This document shows, in pieces, positions 11,958 through 23,734 of a stretch of 64,000 nucleotides of DNA (positions are counted from its first letter, which is position 1; each line of letters opens with the position of its first letter). The translations under genes were made by a program, and so were the position numbers. The DNA is from the human T2T-CHM13v2.0 reference genome, Homo sapiens. The stretch lies in the NCBI RefSeq assembly GCF_009914755.1, contig NC_060929.1; one strand, 5' to 3'. Under the pieces are notes generated by a model. The model worked only from the letters and a program-made list of their open reading frames with translations. It was not told the DNA's origin and made no database searches.

Positions 11958-12439
11958 TTCTCCCAGGCAAGTCTGGCAACTCTGCTTGTCCAGATCTCGA
12001 ATTTTCCCTTGGGTGGCCTTGCTTTTGTGGGTGGTCCAGCCGAACCTTAATCCTAGTGAGTGAGCATTCCAAAGCTGAAATACCCAAACCAGAGCCAGCA
12101 GAGAGCGCATATGTGTTTTATGTTTATAAATACATATTCATGCATTGGATTGGATGATCCCTCAAAGTCCTATCTAGCCTTAAATTCTATAAATTACGTG
12201 TGTTCATGTATAAATATTATGCAAAGTGTTGTCATACATATTCTTGGTTGCAGATGAAAATTTGTATAGCCCTGCCATTTCTACTGTCTCTCAACCCTCC
12301 TCTGTTTTTCAAAATAAGAACACCAAGAAAGCAAAACCTAAATACCACCAGACTGAAATAACTACACCTAACAAATCTCATAGGAAAGAAAATGATGTGA
12401 CAATACACTGCCTATGTGCAAAGGACATAAACATTTATA

Positions 12440-12880
12440 AAGGAGAGGGAGGGAGGGATGAACAGGCAGAGAACAGAGGGTTCTTAGGACAGTGAAAATA
12501 TATATATATACGCTATGTATATTACTATATATATGTATACTATGTATAATATATAGTATAATACATAATGTATATATATATACACACTATGTATAAAGAG
12601 TATATACTACATGTATACATATGTAGTATAATGGTGGGTACATGTCTTTATACATTTGTCCAAACCTACAGATTGTACAACACCAAGAATGAGCCCTAAC
12701 CTAATGGACTTTTAACGATAATGATGTGTCAATGTAGGTTCATCAATAGTAACGTATGTGCCACTCTAGTGTGGGACTTGATAATGTGGGAGGCTGACCA
12801 TGTGTGGAATAATTCTGTACCTCCCTCTCAATTTTGCCATAAACCTAAAATTGCCCTAAAAAAGTCAAGTTTTTAAAAAA
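12440..12880 (+). mobile_element. L1MC-type 3' end with internal TA-rich expansion
   Basis: gggagggatgaacaggcagag...tacatttgtccaaacc...acaacaccaag...aatgatgtgtcaatgtaggttcatc...aaacctaaaattgccctaaaaaa. Confidence 0.75.
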
Positions 12881-14469
12881 TGTTACATATATGTACAGGA
12901 ATAAAGACAATACATACTTTTGCAAAACTGTAGGGGAATGGTGTGGTTCTGTTCTCATTTTGCTTTTGTTTTAAAATACAAGTAGCAAAATATTGTATAT
13001 TATAACAATATAATACCAATATTCAATTTGTAAAATTGATACAGAATTAGATTTAAATTTAAAAGTGATGTTTTTAGTATCTTGAGTTTAGGTATTCTTT
13101 ACATTTGCATTACTTTCACTTTCGTTTCCTATAGTAATAGTAAAGAAGAAGATCTCCACAATTTGATGTTGTCAGATAAACTTTTGCTTAGCAGATTTCT
13201 CACCATTCCAAAATGAACTGATAATTGTCTTGGGACTTTACGGAATGAAATCACCTGTGAAGGTTTTTAAGAAAAATACAATCCTTTAATACTCTGAGTC
13301 AATACGATTTTAATCTGCTTCACCCACACCCTGAAATCATGAAAGAATAAAGCTGAAAAGCCCTAAAGCATTTGGTTATTTTTTCTTTTAAACTTCTTAT
13401 GCTAGATGTTATTGAAAGATAATATCGCAGATCTTTCAAGAAACAATAATTTTGTAATCAACTATCTCTGGGACTACATGATAGATTACAAAAATACACA
13501 ACAATTCTTTTGGAGAAGACTACCAGATGTATATACCAGCCTTATACCCACAGAAATATTTGGACAAAAGAACTAAAGTTGCAAGAGAATAAGCAATGCT
13601 TTTATCTGAAAAAGGTGAAATTGTATTTTACATATTTATCATCAAAAGCAAAGAAAGTTTCATATATACATCATATAGGCATATAAATTATACAATTACT
13701 TTAGTTGCTAATAAAATGCCATTATTTTAACCAACTTAATAGCTTATTTCAAATGTCTATAAAACCATTTGCAAAGTTGAAATAGACATATGCAAATGCC
13801 TATATATATGTTATAAAATGAAGAGGAAATCTGATGGTTGACTAATTTGATCAATAAGACATGAAAAGTGGTATAAACAAATTGATGCGTAATCTTGAAT
13901 TGTTTGGGGTGTCCACACTGATATGCTCAAGCAGCAAGCCCACAAATTTCACTTCATTCTGTGGGAATTGGGACAGAACTCCTGCGGGGCAAATATGCTA
14001 AAATTGTCTCTTACTCCAGGGCCTCCTGTTGGACATTCTAGGTCTCACTTTTACTCTCTGCAAGATAAATTTAAGACCCTAAGGCTCTCATTGCTTCCAT
14101 GCTTTCCTTTCTATTCTGCAAATAGATTGTTGTTCTGATGAAGTCATCTGTAATACAGTTAGCAAATGTGTAAACATGAGTGAACATTTAGAATATTATC
14201 TTTATTAATATACATTTAATTAACTTTTTTTCTTCTAAAATCTTAAGAAGCATCAAAATCTCCTGTTGAAAAAGAGAAATGATATTAAAATTTAACAGGT
14301 GAGGAAATGGGAACTCCAGGGGAATTTCCCCGTGGATGGCCCCACATGTACAGTTAACAGTCCATCTCTACATATGGCAAGACTCTGCACACCCACACAT
14401 AGCTTTTGTGATGTATTCTCTAAAATCCCAGCAGCCTAAGAACAGCTAGGAACTTAGATTTCTTTTTTA

Positions 14470-14730
14470 AGAGATAATGTAACAGAGAAGCTAAAGCACA
14501 GGCTCTGAGCCAACAGCCCAAGATCATGTCCTACTTTTACTATTTTCTAGTCACAGCTTTAGCAGTTTAAGGCATTTGCGGCACTGTACCTCAATTTTCT
14601 CATTTATTATAATGAGAATAATGAAATGATCACAACAGGGGCTTACTGGGCTGCAATGAAAGCTAAAAGTGTCAATATTTGTAAAGTATTTAGAATACTG
14701 CCTGGTACATGGTAAGTGCTATGTAGACAA
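14470..14730 (+). mobile_element. MIR
   Basis: ctgtacctcaattttctcatt...tttgtaaagtatttagaatactgcctggtacatggtaagtgct. Confidence 0.7.
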
Positions 14731-14779
14731 ACTATTACTCTTATTTACAAAAAAGATTCTGCTTAAAAACAGACTACAA

Positions 14780-15560
14780 TATAAAAATAAATGCACATCT
14801 GTTAAAGATGACATAAACAAGCTTAGAACACAGGAAATACACTTAGAAAAAATATTTGCAACATAGACAACAGGTAAAGAGCTTCTACAAATCAGTAAGA
14901 AATAAACAATAAAATAAAACTGACCTAAATGAACAAGCAGATCCAAAAAGTAGAAAAAAATGAAAAATTTTAATATGCATATGAAAGATGCTGAACTTCA
15001 CTAATAAATCCTAATAATATCTCTGCAAATTAAAACAAAAGCGAAATTCAATTTTTCTATGATATTGGCAAAAATGAAAAGAATTGATGATATACAGAAT
15101 TAGCAAAAGATCAAATGCTCTCAAACACTGTGTATGAATGAAATCACCAGGAAAGTATTAGAAGAAAATTGAAAGTACTTATCAAAATATAAAATATCCT
15201 TGCCTAGTAAGCAAGCAATCCCAAATCTAGGAATTCTTACAAAAATGCTTAAAATTATTTTAAATTTGTAAAACTGTATGCACACATGAGTTTATTGAAA
15301 CATGCTCTTAATAGGAAACATTTGGAAATAAACTAAATGTTTATCAATATGAAGTTAATACACTATACTCCAATTATATTATAAAATATAAAGTAGCTGT
15401 TTTACATATCACCCATCACATACCTTAAATGCATAAAAGAAAATGTCCCAATGTGTATCAAACCGATAACTCTGGTTACCTGTAGAAAATGGAACATTTT
15501 TAAAGACTTTGAAATTTTACATTATGTATTCTATTTTGAATTTTAAACCAGACATATTTT
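14780..15560 (+). mobile_element. Ancient L1ME-type 3' region
   Basis: aaaatatttgcaaca...atgaaagatgctgaacttcactaata...tgcaaattaaaac...gcaatcccaaatctaggaat. Confidence 0.65.
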
Positions 15561-17730
15561 AATTTTAAAAGGGAGCATGTTTCAAAGCAAAAATAAAAAT
15601 TTTATATTACTAGCCATTCAATAGCAAGGTACAAAAGAGTAGATGCAGTATCATTCCAAAGGGAGAAAAAGATTAGTAAAGTACACAGCAAATATTGGTA
15701 TTTATTATGCCTAGATAGTAGGATTGCAGATGAAGCAAGAGTAGTTCCTCTCCTTTTAAACTTTTATACATTTTCCTAGTTGACTGAAATAAAATTGTAT
15801 TATTTTCACATTTGGTGGTGGGGGAAGCTAATGTTCTTTAAAAAAATTTAACACACCAAAATCCATGATTAAAGACTTTAGTGGAATAGAGGGCATGGGG
15901 CTCCGAGATAAGGAAGTCTATGGTGAAAACGAATTTTTTCTTATGGTTTTCTCCTGCATTCCTGCTAATACATATCCTTGCTCTCACTTGTTTAATAAAC
16001 CAAAAGCACAGAAGATTATAGGAAGCAACATAGCAACCTATATGATTTATTGAGCTTGAACATTTCTGACAAAATATTGAAATGAGTCTATCAATCATCA
16101 GACAGGAGCTAGGAGTTAGAAAATGCATTATGGTAGAATCTCCACAAACCTAATAAAATAAATCTGTTGAAAATCAGTCTTTAAAGTTCATACTAAATTT
16201 GAACTATAATGTTTCATCCAGTGTATTTGTGTCTTTTTAAATAATTATAGAACTTTTGTTCACTTAAATATATTAGTGTCTAAAATTATGTAACTTCTTT
16301 TACCTTTCAAATTTCTTTATACATTTTCTTTTTCTATTGCACTTGGCCAAGCACCTCTGAAATTATGTCAGAATTGTAGCTTTTGGAGGTAAAGTCTCAA
16401 ATGACCAAATGGATGAAATCAAATTTAATTCAATGTGATTTTAAAGAAGCCAAGATACTACATTTTGAAAATTGGTGTTTATTCTAAAAATACTAACTAA
16501 ATATTTTGAGAGAATTACTAAGGAAGCAACCTATTTTTCCTTGTGCAGCTTTGTTACATTTGGCAGTAATTTTAAAAATTGTATCGTGTAACTATATTTA
16601 GTTTAATGAATACATACACAAGAATTGTACCATAGTGCCATTGATGGTAATGGTACTGCTTATTAAAATTAACAGTACGTAAAAGGGTTACCTTCAATTA
16701 TTCATATAGCATGACATTTAAAATTCAGAGAGAAAGAGAGGCCTTATTTCAAACAATAGTTTTAAGCTTATAAAATGTGTTTTAAGCTCATTAAAATGTG
16801 TTTTAAGCTTAAAACACGCAGTGAAATTTACTGATTAAAGTTTTATACCATTTTCCTGGCACCCCGATAAGAGGAAAAAAAGGACAGAATGAGAAAGAAT
16901 AATCCATAGATTTAAAAAAAGAGAGTTGTCAGTGCAATAGTCATAATCTCAAGGATTCCCTATATTGTCAACAATAAAGAAAAGTCTCTGTGAAAATGAC
17001 ATACAAAGTGGGACTCGAGACTGTATTTTCTCTATATGTTCTTGACATAAAAGGTATTAATTATTGTGAGAGTTCAGAGCCAAGAAGGAAAAATAACTGT
17101 TCTTCCTGGAAGACAGGGTATGCCATAACTTAGAGTCTAAAGCAATAATTATCTAGCTTTTCTGAATCCAAGGTATCTTGGAAAAGGCAAACTTCTTTCT
17201 TTGTGAAAGAGATTGTCCCTCTTCTTTCTCATGTCAGTCTATGGCTTTGAAAATAAAATTAATAAAATATAAAAATAAAATTAAATTAAAGGTAGTGGAG
17301 TCACCTCTTCTTTTTGAGAACAGGGAGGCAAAATGTGAGTGAGAGAGAGAAGATGCCAAACCTAAAATGTGGATGATATTTTAAAACTCTACAAATTTTA
17401 ATATGAAGTTATGCATACTAACCTACTCTGCCATAGTTTTTTTCAAATTTTGGTATAAATAAAAATCACCTGGTTACCTTGTTAAACTAGAGTATCATTC
17501 TGATGTTAGGTGATGCCAATGTTACTGGCCCAGGGACCCCCAGTTTGAAAAGCAATGCCTCTAATATACTTGTCAATTATAAAGAAAGAGAAAGCGTACC
17601 TCCTGGTCTTTCATTAAGTTGATTCATCTTATTACTATTCTTTAATGTCTTCTTACAATGATTCTAATATGATGGCTCTTGCTCTAGTATCAATATTTTC
17701 CACCTATCATGTTAATACTTAGTCTAGGAA

Positions 17731-18043
17731 GGCCGGGCGCAGTGGCTCACGCTTGTAATCACAGCACTTTGGGAGGCTGAGGCAGGTGGATCACCTGAGG
17801 TCAGGAGTTCCACACTAGCCTGGCCAACATGTTGAAACCCCGTCTCTACAAAAAATACAAAATTAGCCAGGTGTGGTTGCGTGCACCTCTAATCCCAGCA
17901 CTCTGGGAGGCTAAGGCAGGATAAGCGCTTGAACTGGGGAGACGGAGGTTGCAGTGAACTGAGATCGGGCCAATGCACCCCAGCCTAGGTGACACAGTGA
18001 GACTCCACCTCAAAAAAACAAAACAAAACAAACAAAAAAAAAC
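17731..18043 (+). mobile_element. AluS (Sx/Sz-like)
   Basis: ggccgggcgcagtggctcacg...; dimeric structure, (CAAAA)n tail, degraded TSD ending gtctagga on both sides. Confidence 0.95.
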
Positions 18044-18195
18044 CTCGGTCTAGGAGTCCATCCATGATGATTCAACTTCTTATAGTGTTTTGGTATAAAG
18101 TATTGTCAACAGTCTTGAAAAATGGCAAATAGTTGTTCAGACAGAAACATACTTGGGCATTAATTGCATAAATAAGTAATTTGAGCCTGGTGTGT

Positions 18196-18512
18196 TGTCA
18201 CCCAGATCGGATCGTTTCTGAAAATATGATGGATAACAGAGCTGTTTTCCTTCTTGCACTGGAGAAACTTGTGCAAAATATATAGGTTACCCTTAAGGAC
18301 ATACAGAAATATCCAATATTTTTAATAGAACAGTCTAATTTGCCACATCTAAAATTATAACATGGGGCTCTGTTTCCATTTCAAATCCTTAAAGCTTTTA
18401 ATTTATTTAGTACTGAGAGAAAAAGAAATACAAAGAGATGCATACAGCAAGTCAACACCTTCATCCCTAGAGTTTCATCAGGCTGTTTACATCTCAAAAG
18501 AGATCTTCTAGT
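18196..18512 (+). repeat. ~317-bp local duplication, copy B (other copy at 10097-10414)
   Basis: See copy A. Confidence 0.95.
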
Positions 18513-18519
18513 TTTAAAA

Positions 18520-19056
18520 ATTGATTTAGCAATCCCACTACTGGGTATCTACCCAGAGGCAAAGAATTCACTATATAGAAAAGACACTTGCACATGCATG
18601 TGTATAGCAGCACAATTTGCAACTGCAAACATATAAAACCAGCCCACATGCTCATCACTCAACAAGTGGATAAAGAAAAATGTAGTGTATACACATATAC
18701 CATGGAATACTAGTGAGACATTAAAAGGAGTAAAATAATGGCATTTGCAGCAACCAGGTTGGAGTTGGAGACAATTATTCTAAGTCAAGTAACTCAGGAA
18801 TGGAAAACCAAATGTTGTATGTTCTCACTTATAAGTAGAAGCTAAGCTATGAGGACACCAAGGCATAAAATGATATAATAGACTTACAGGACTCGGAGGA
18901 AGAATGGGAGGAGGTATGGGATTAAAGACTATATATTTGGTACAGTGTACATGGTTTGAGTGACAGGTGCACCAAAATCTCAGAATTTGTCACTAAAGAA
19001 AATATCTATGTAAACAAATCCCTCCTGTTTCCCAAAAACTATTGAAATGAAATAAA
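18520..19056 (+). mobile_element. L1PB-type 3' end
   Basis: gcaatcccactactgggtatctacccagagg...aactcaggaatggaaaacc...gtgcaccaaaatctcagaa...aaaactattgaaat. Confidence 0.85.
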
Positions 19057-19649
19057 TTTTAAAACGGATAAAAAATTCCTTTAGGGCAGGACGTTTGGCT
19101 CACTCCTTTAGCCCTGTTGAAGTACAATATGCAATTTGTCACTAATGAATAGTTTTAGTTATCATTTCTCTACTGTATCCAGTGTAATAGAAGGCAGACG
19201 ATACATCCATTAACTTGTCTATGAACATGTTGTTTTATAAATTGTTCTTATGCCCGGAGTATGTGCACAGGAATTCATATCAATGTAGACAGGATTTTAT
19301 GAACCTGTAGAGGGAGTCGGAATCTGTTCCAGTGCTATGAGAAAACCACTTTTGCTTCCAATTTAATGGTCTGAACCACAATTCCCTTACTTAATATACT
19401 CTCATAATATATTTACTTATAACTCAAATAAACAAACATACCACCCTATGACATCATAATGCCATGGTATGAAAAGATATAGGGTGTCATGGATTTGAAA
19501 GAAAAAGATTATTTTTCCTTTCTCAGTATCAAGGGAATAAATGGAACCATGCTTCAATATTTAGAGATGTCCAAAGATTTTCTTTCATGGCTGTTGAGCT
19601 GTCTCACACAAAATTTAAGACTTTCAATAGTTAAACGTATATGTCAAGA

Positions 19650-22121
19650 TGAACAACCTGCTCCTCAATGACTACTGGGTAAATAACGAAATGAAGGCAG
19701 AAATAAAGATGTTCTTTGAAACCGATGAGAACAAAGACACAACATACCAGAATCTCTGGGACACATTCAAAGCAGTGTCTAGAGGGAAATTTATAGCACT
19801 AAATGCCCACAAGAGAAAGCAGGAAAGATCTACAATAGACACCCTAGCATCACAATTAAAAGAACTAGAGAAGCAAAAGCAAACAAATTAAAAAGCTAGC
19901 AGAAGGCAAGAAATAACTAAGATCAGAGCAGAACTGAAGGAGATAGAGAAAAGAAAAATCCTTCAAAAAAATCAATGAATACAGGAGCGGGTTTTTTGAA
20001 AAGATCAACAAAATTGATAGACCGCTAGCAAGACTAATAAAGAAGAAAAGAGAGAAGAACCAAATAGACAGAATAAAAAATGATAAAGGGGATATCACCA
20101 CTGATCCCACAGAAATACAAGCTACCATCAGAGAATACTATAAACACCTCTATGCAAATAAACTAGAAAATCCAGAAGAAATGGATAAGTTCCTGGACAC
20201 ATACATCCTCCCAAGACTAAATCAAGAAGTCGAATCCTGAATAGACCAATAACAAGTTCTGAGATTGAGGCAGTAATTAATAGCCTACCAGCCAAAAAAA
20301 GGCCAGGGCCAGACAGATTCACAGCCAGATTCTACCAGAGGTACAAAGAGGAGCTGCTACCATTCCTTCCGAAACTATTCCAAAGAATAGAAAAAGAGGG
20401 AATCCTCCCTATCTCATTTTATGAGGTCAGCATCATCGTGATGCCAAAACCTGGCAGAGTCACAAGAAAAAAAGAAAATTTCAGGCCAATATTTCTGATG
20501 AACATCGATGCGAAAATCCTCAATAAAATACTGGCAAACCGAATCCAGCAGCACATCAAAAAGCTTATCCACCATGATCAAGTCAGCTTCATCCCTAGGA
20601 TGCAAGACTGGTTCAACATACGCAAATCAATAAACGTAATCCATCACATAAACGGAACCAATGACAAAAACCACATGATTATCTCAATAGATGCAGAAAA
20701 GGACTTCGACAATATTCAACACCCTTCATGCTAAAAACTCTCAATAAACTAGGTATTGATGGAATGTATCTCAAAATAATAAGAGCTATTTATGACAAAA
20801 CCACAGCCAATATTATACTGAATGGGCAAAAACTGGAAGCATTCCCTTTGAATACCAGCCCAAGACAAGGATGCCCTCTCTCACCACTCCTACTCAACAT
20901 AGTATTGGAAGTTCTGGCCAGGGCAATCAGGCAAGAGAAAGAAATAAGGGGTATTTGGTTAGGGAAAGAGGAAGTCAAATTGTCTCTGTTTGCAGATGAC
21001 ATGATTATGTATTTAGAAAACCCCATCGTCTCAGCCCAAAATCTCCTTAAGCTGATAAGCAGCTTCAGCAAAGTCTCAGGATACAAAATCAATGTGCAAA
21101 AATCACAAGCATTCCTACACCAGTAACAGACAAACAGAGAGCGAAATCATGGGTGAACTCCCATTCACAATTGCTACAAAGAGAATAAAATACCTAGGAA
21201 TACAACTTAAAAGGGCTGTGAAGGACCTCTTCAAGGAGAACTTCAAACCACTGCTCAACAAAATAAGTGAGGACACAAACAAATGGAAAAACATTCCATG
21301 CTCATGGATAGGAAGAATCAATATTGTGAAAATGGCCATACTGCCCAAAGTAATTTATAGATTCAATGCTATCCCCATCAAGCTACCGTTGACGTTCTTC
21401 ACAGAATTGGAAAAAAACACTTTAAAGTTTATATGGGACCAAAAAAGAGCCCATATAGCCAAGACTATCCTAATCAAAGAGAACAAACCTGGAGGCGTCA
21501 CGGTACCTGACTTCAAACTATACTACAAGGCTATAGTAACCAAAACAGCATGGTACTGGTATCAAAACAGATATATAGACCAATAGAACAGAACAGAGGC
21601 CTCAGAAATAACACCACACATCTTTGACAAACCTGAGAAAAACAAGCAATGGGGAAAGGATTCCCTATTTAATAAATGGTGTTGGGAAAACTGGCTAGCC
21701 ATATGCAGAAAGCTGAAACTGGATCCCTTCCTTACGTCGTATACAAAAATTAACTTAAGATGGCCTAAAGACTTAAACTTAAGACCTAAAACCATAAAAA
21801 CCCTGGAAGAAATCCTGGGTAATACCATTCAGGAAATAGGCATGGGCAAAGACTTCATGACTAAAGCACCAAGGGCAATGGCAACAAAAGCCAAAATTGA
21901 CAAATGGGATCTATTTAAAGTAAAGTGCTTCTGCACAGCAAGAAAACTATCATCAGAGTGAACAGGCAACCTACAGAATGGGAGAAAATTTTCGCAATCT
22001 ATCCACCTGACAAAGGGCTAATATCCAGAATCTACAAAGAATTTAAACAAATTTACAAGAAAAAAACAAACAACTCCATCAAAAATTGGGCAAAGTATAT
22101 GAACAGACATTTCTCAAAAGA
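19650..22121 (+). mobile_element. L1PA ORF2 internal fragment (RT region), truncated at both ends, no poly(A)
   Basis: ORF-track pieces [19 protein letters not shown]..., [16 protein letters not shown]; frameshifted; ends at gaacagacatttctcaaaaga. Confidence 0.95.
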
Positions 22122-22559
22122 TTATGGGCTCTAAAGTAGTACTTTTCATGGCTGTAGTAATTATTCTATATTTCTATTTTATACTTCTCTTATTCCAAAG
22201 CCTTCAAGGAATGGTTTGCAAATTGTTACAACACAATTTTACTTGTTCTGTGTTTTGGGTGAACAATGTCCTTTATGTTTGCTATTATGTAGGTGTATGC
22301 AGCAGTTATAGGAGAACAGTCGTGCTGAGCAGAGCACTGCTCACTGACAGCTTAGCAGGACAGAAGGTTAATAAAGCAGAAACTGAGGGGTTTGTTCAAG
22401 AGCACAATCTTTAAGTTTGGCCACAACAAGAAGTTCAGTTATCATTGAAGAAGCTCACTGAGGGAAGTAAATTGTTACCTACTAGGCTGTGGGGGTTCAT
22501 GTCATAATAAACTAATTTAAGAAAGTATAATAGCATTATGAATTCTAAAAAGTCAATAA

Positions 22560-23325
22560 AAAAAGGCCATAAGAACAAAAATTAAGTAAAGAATCAGGCA
22601 ATGTGGAAACAACATTCATATAAATGGTGTCCAAGAAGAATGAAAATACAACAACAAAAACAACAACAACAAAAACCCCACTAATATTCAAAACTGGAAT
22701 CCAAAGACTTTTCAGAAATTAAGAAAAAAGAAAATGAACCTTGATACTGGACGAACCCATGAGACAGCTGAGAAAACCAACCCAAAATAATCAATCCTGA
22801 GACATATATTGGTACCACTATTACGTTGAAAAGATAAAGAAAAATCACCAAAACCTCCAGACATAAAGACTCCAGACACAAAGACATCAAATAACTTACA
22901 AAGGCAAAAGGATAAGATTTAGACTTATATTTTTCTAAATTAACATCCAAAGAAAAGTAAGAATGGAGAAAAATATTAAAAATATTCAGTGCGTGAGAAT
23001 TAAGAAAGGATTTCATATCCAACCAAGCTGACTGCAAGTACAAAATATATAGAAAATAGTTATGTGATTTTATTTACATAAAAGTTTAGAAATACAAACT
23101 AATTTCTAGTGCCAAAGCAGATGATGTGTAGCCTGAGGATGAGGGGAGAGTAGGGAAAGAGGGATTACAAAAGTCCTAAGGAAACTTTTGGGGGTATAAA
23201 TATGTTCATTATCTATATTATGTTAATGCTTTCACAGTTGTGTGCATAGGTCAAAACTTATCAAATTGCACACTTTATGTCTCATATATTTTTGTAATTT
23301 ATATGTCAATAAAGCTATTAAAATA
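22560..23325 (+). mobile_element. Ancient L1M fragments (ORF1 remnant plus an L1ME-like 3' end)
   Basis: ggtgtccaagaagaa...tttcagaaatt; gaaacttttgggggt...ggtcaaaacttatcaaattgcacacttt...aataaagct. Confidence 0.55.
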
Positions 23326-23329
23326 AGAA

Positions 23330-23470
23330 AAAAAGTAGGAAATGTAGAAAGAAAGGAACAAAGAAGCAAAGGAAGAAAGCAAGGAAGTTAAGAAGAGTGA
23401 GGTAGGGTAGGAAAGAAAGAAGAAGGAAGGAAGTAAGGAGAGAGAGAGAAAGGAAAGAAAGAGAAAGAAA

Positions 23471-23515
<45 letters not shown>

Positions 23516-23560
23516 AAAGAAAGAAAAGAAAGAGGGAAAGAAAGAAAGAAAAGAAAGAAA
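23330..23560. repeat. GA-rich / (AAAG)n simple repeat
   Basis: Purine tract with an (aaag)n core at ~23460-23560. Confidence 0.95.
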
Positions 23561-23734
23561 GTTGTAACCATTTAACAGCATAGGAAACTCTGTACCCATG
23601 ATCCCCTCTTGAGAAATCTTATAAGAAGCACTGGTCAAATTAAAGCCCACGTTCATATTTGGCCTGTTTTTGTACAGCCAGAAAATTAGGCATGATTTAT
23701 ACATTTTAAAAAGTTTTTCAGAGACAAGTAATAA

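Noticed and set aside
10097-18512. Reading the 318-bp repeats as a giant TSD or LTR pair around an 8-kb element
   Set aside because: Copy B is 7 kb from the poly(A), the repeats lack TG..CA ends and LTR signals, and the interval holds much older MIR, MER5 and L1M relics
18181-18522. ~110-codon + strand frame with two stops across duplication copy B
   Set aside because: No recognisable homology or splice boundaries; not significant given the number of frames scanned
23299-23704. Phe/Leu/Ser-rich 90- and 128-aa ORFs
   Set aside because: Translation of the (CTTT)n simple repeat
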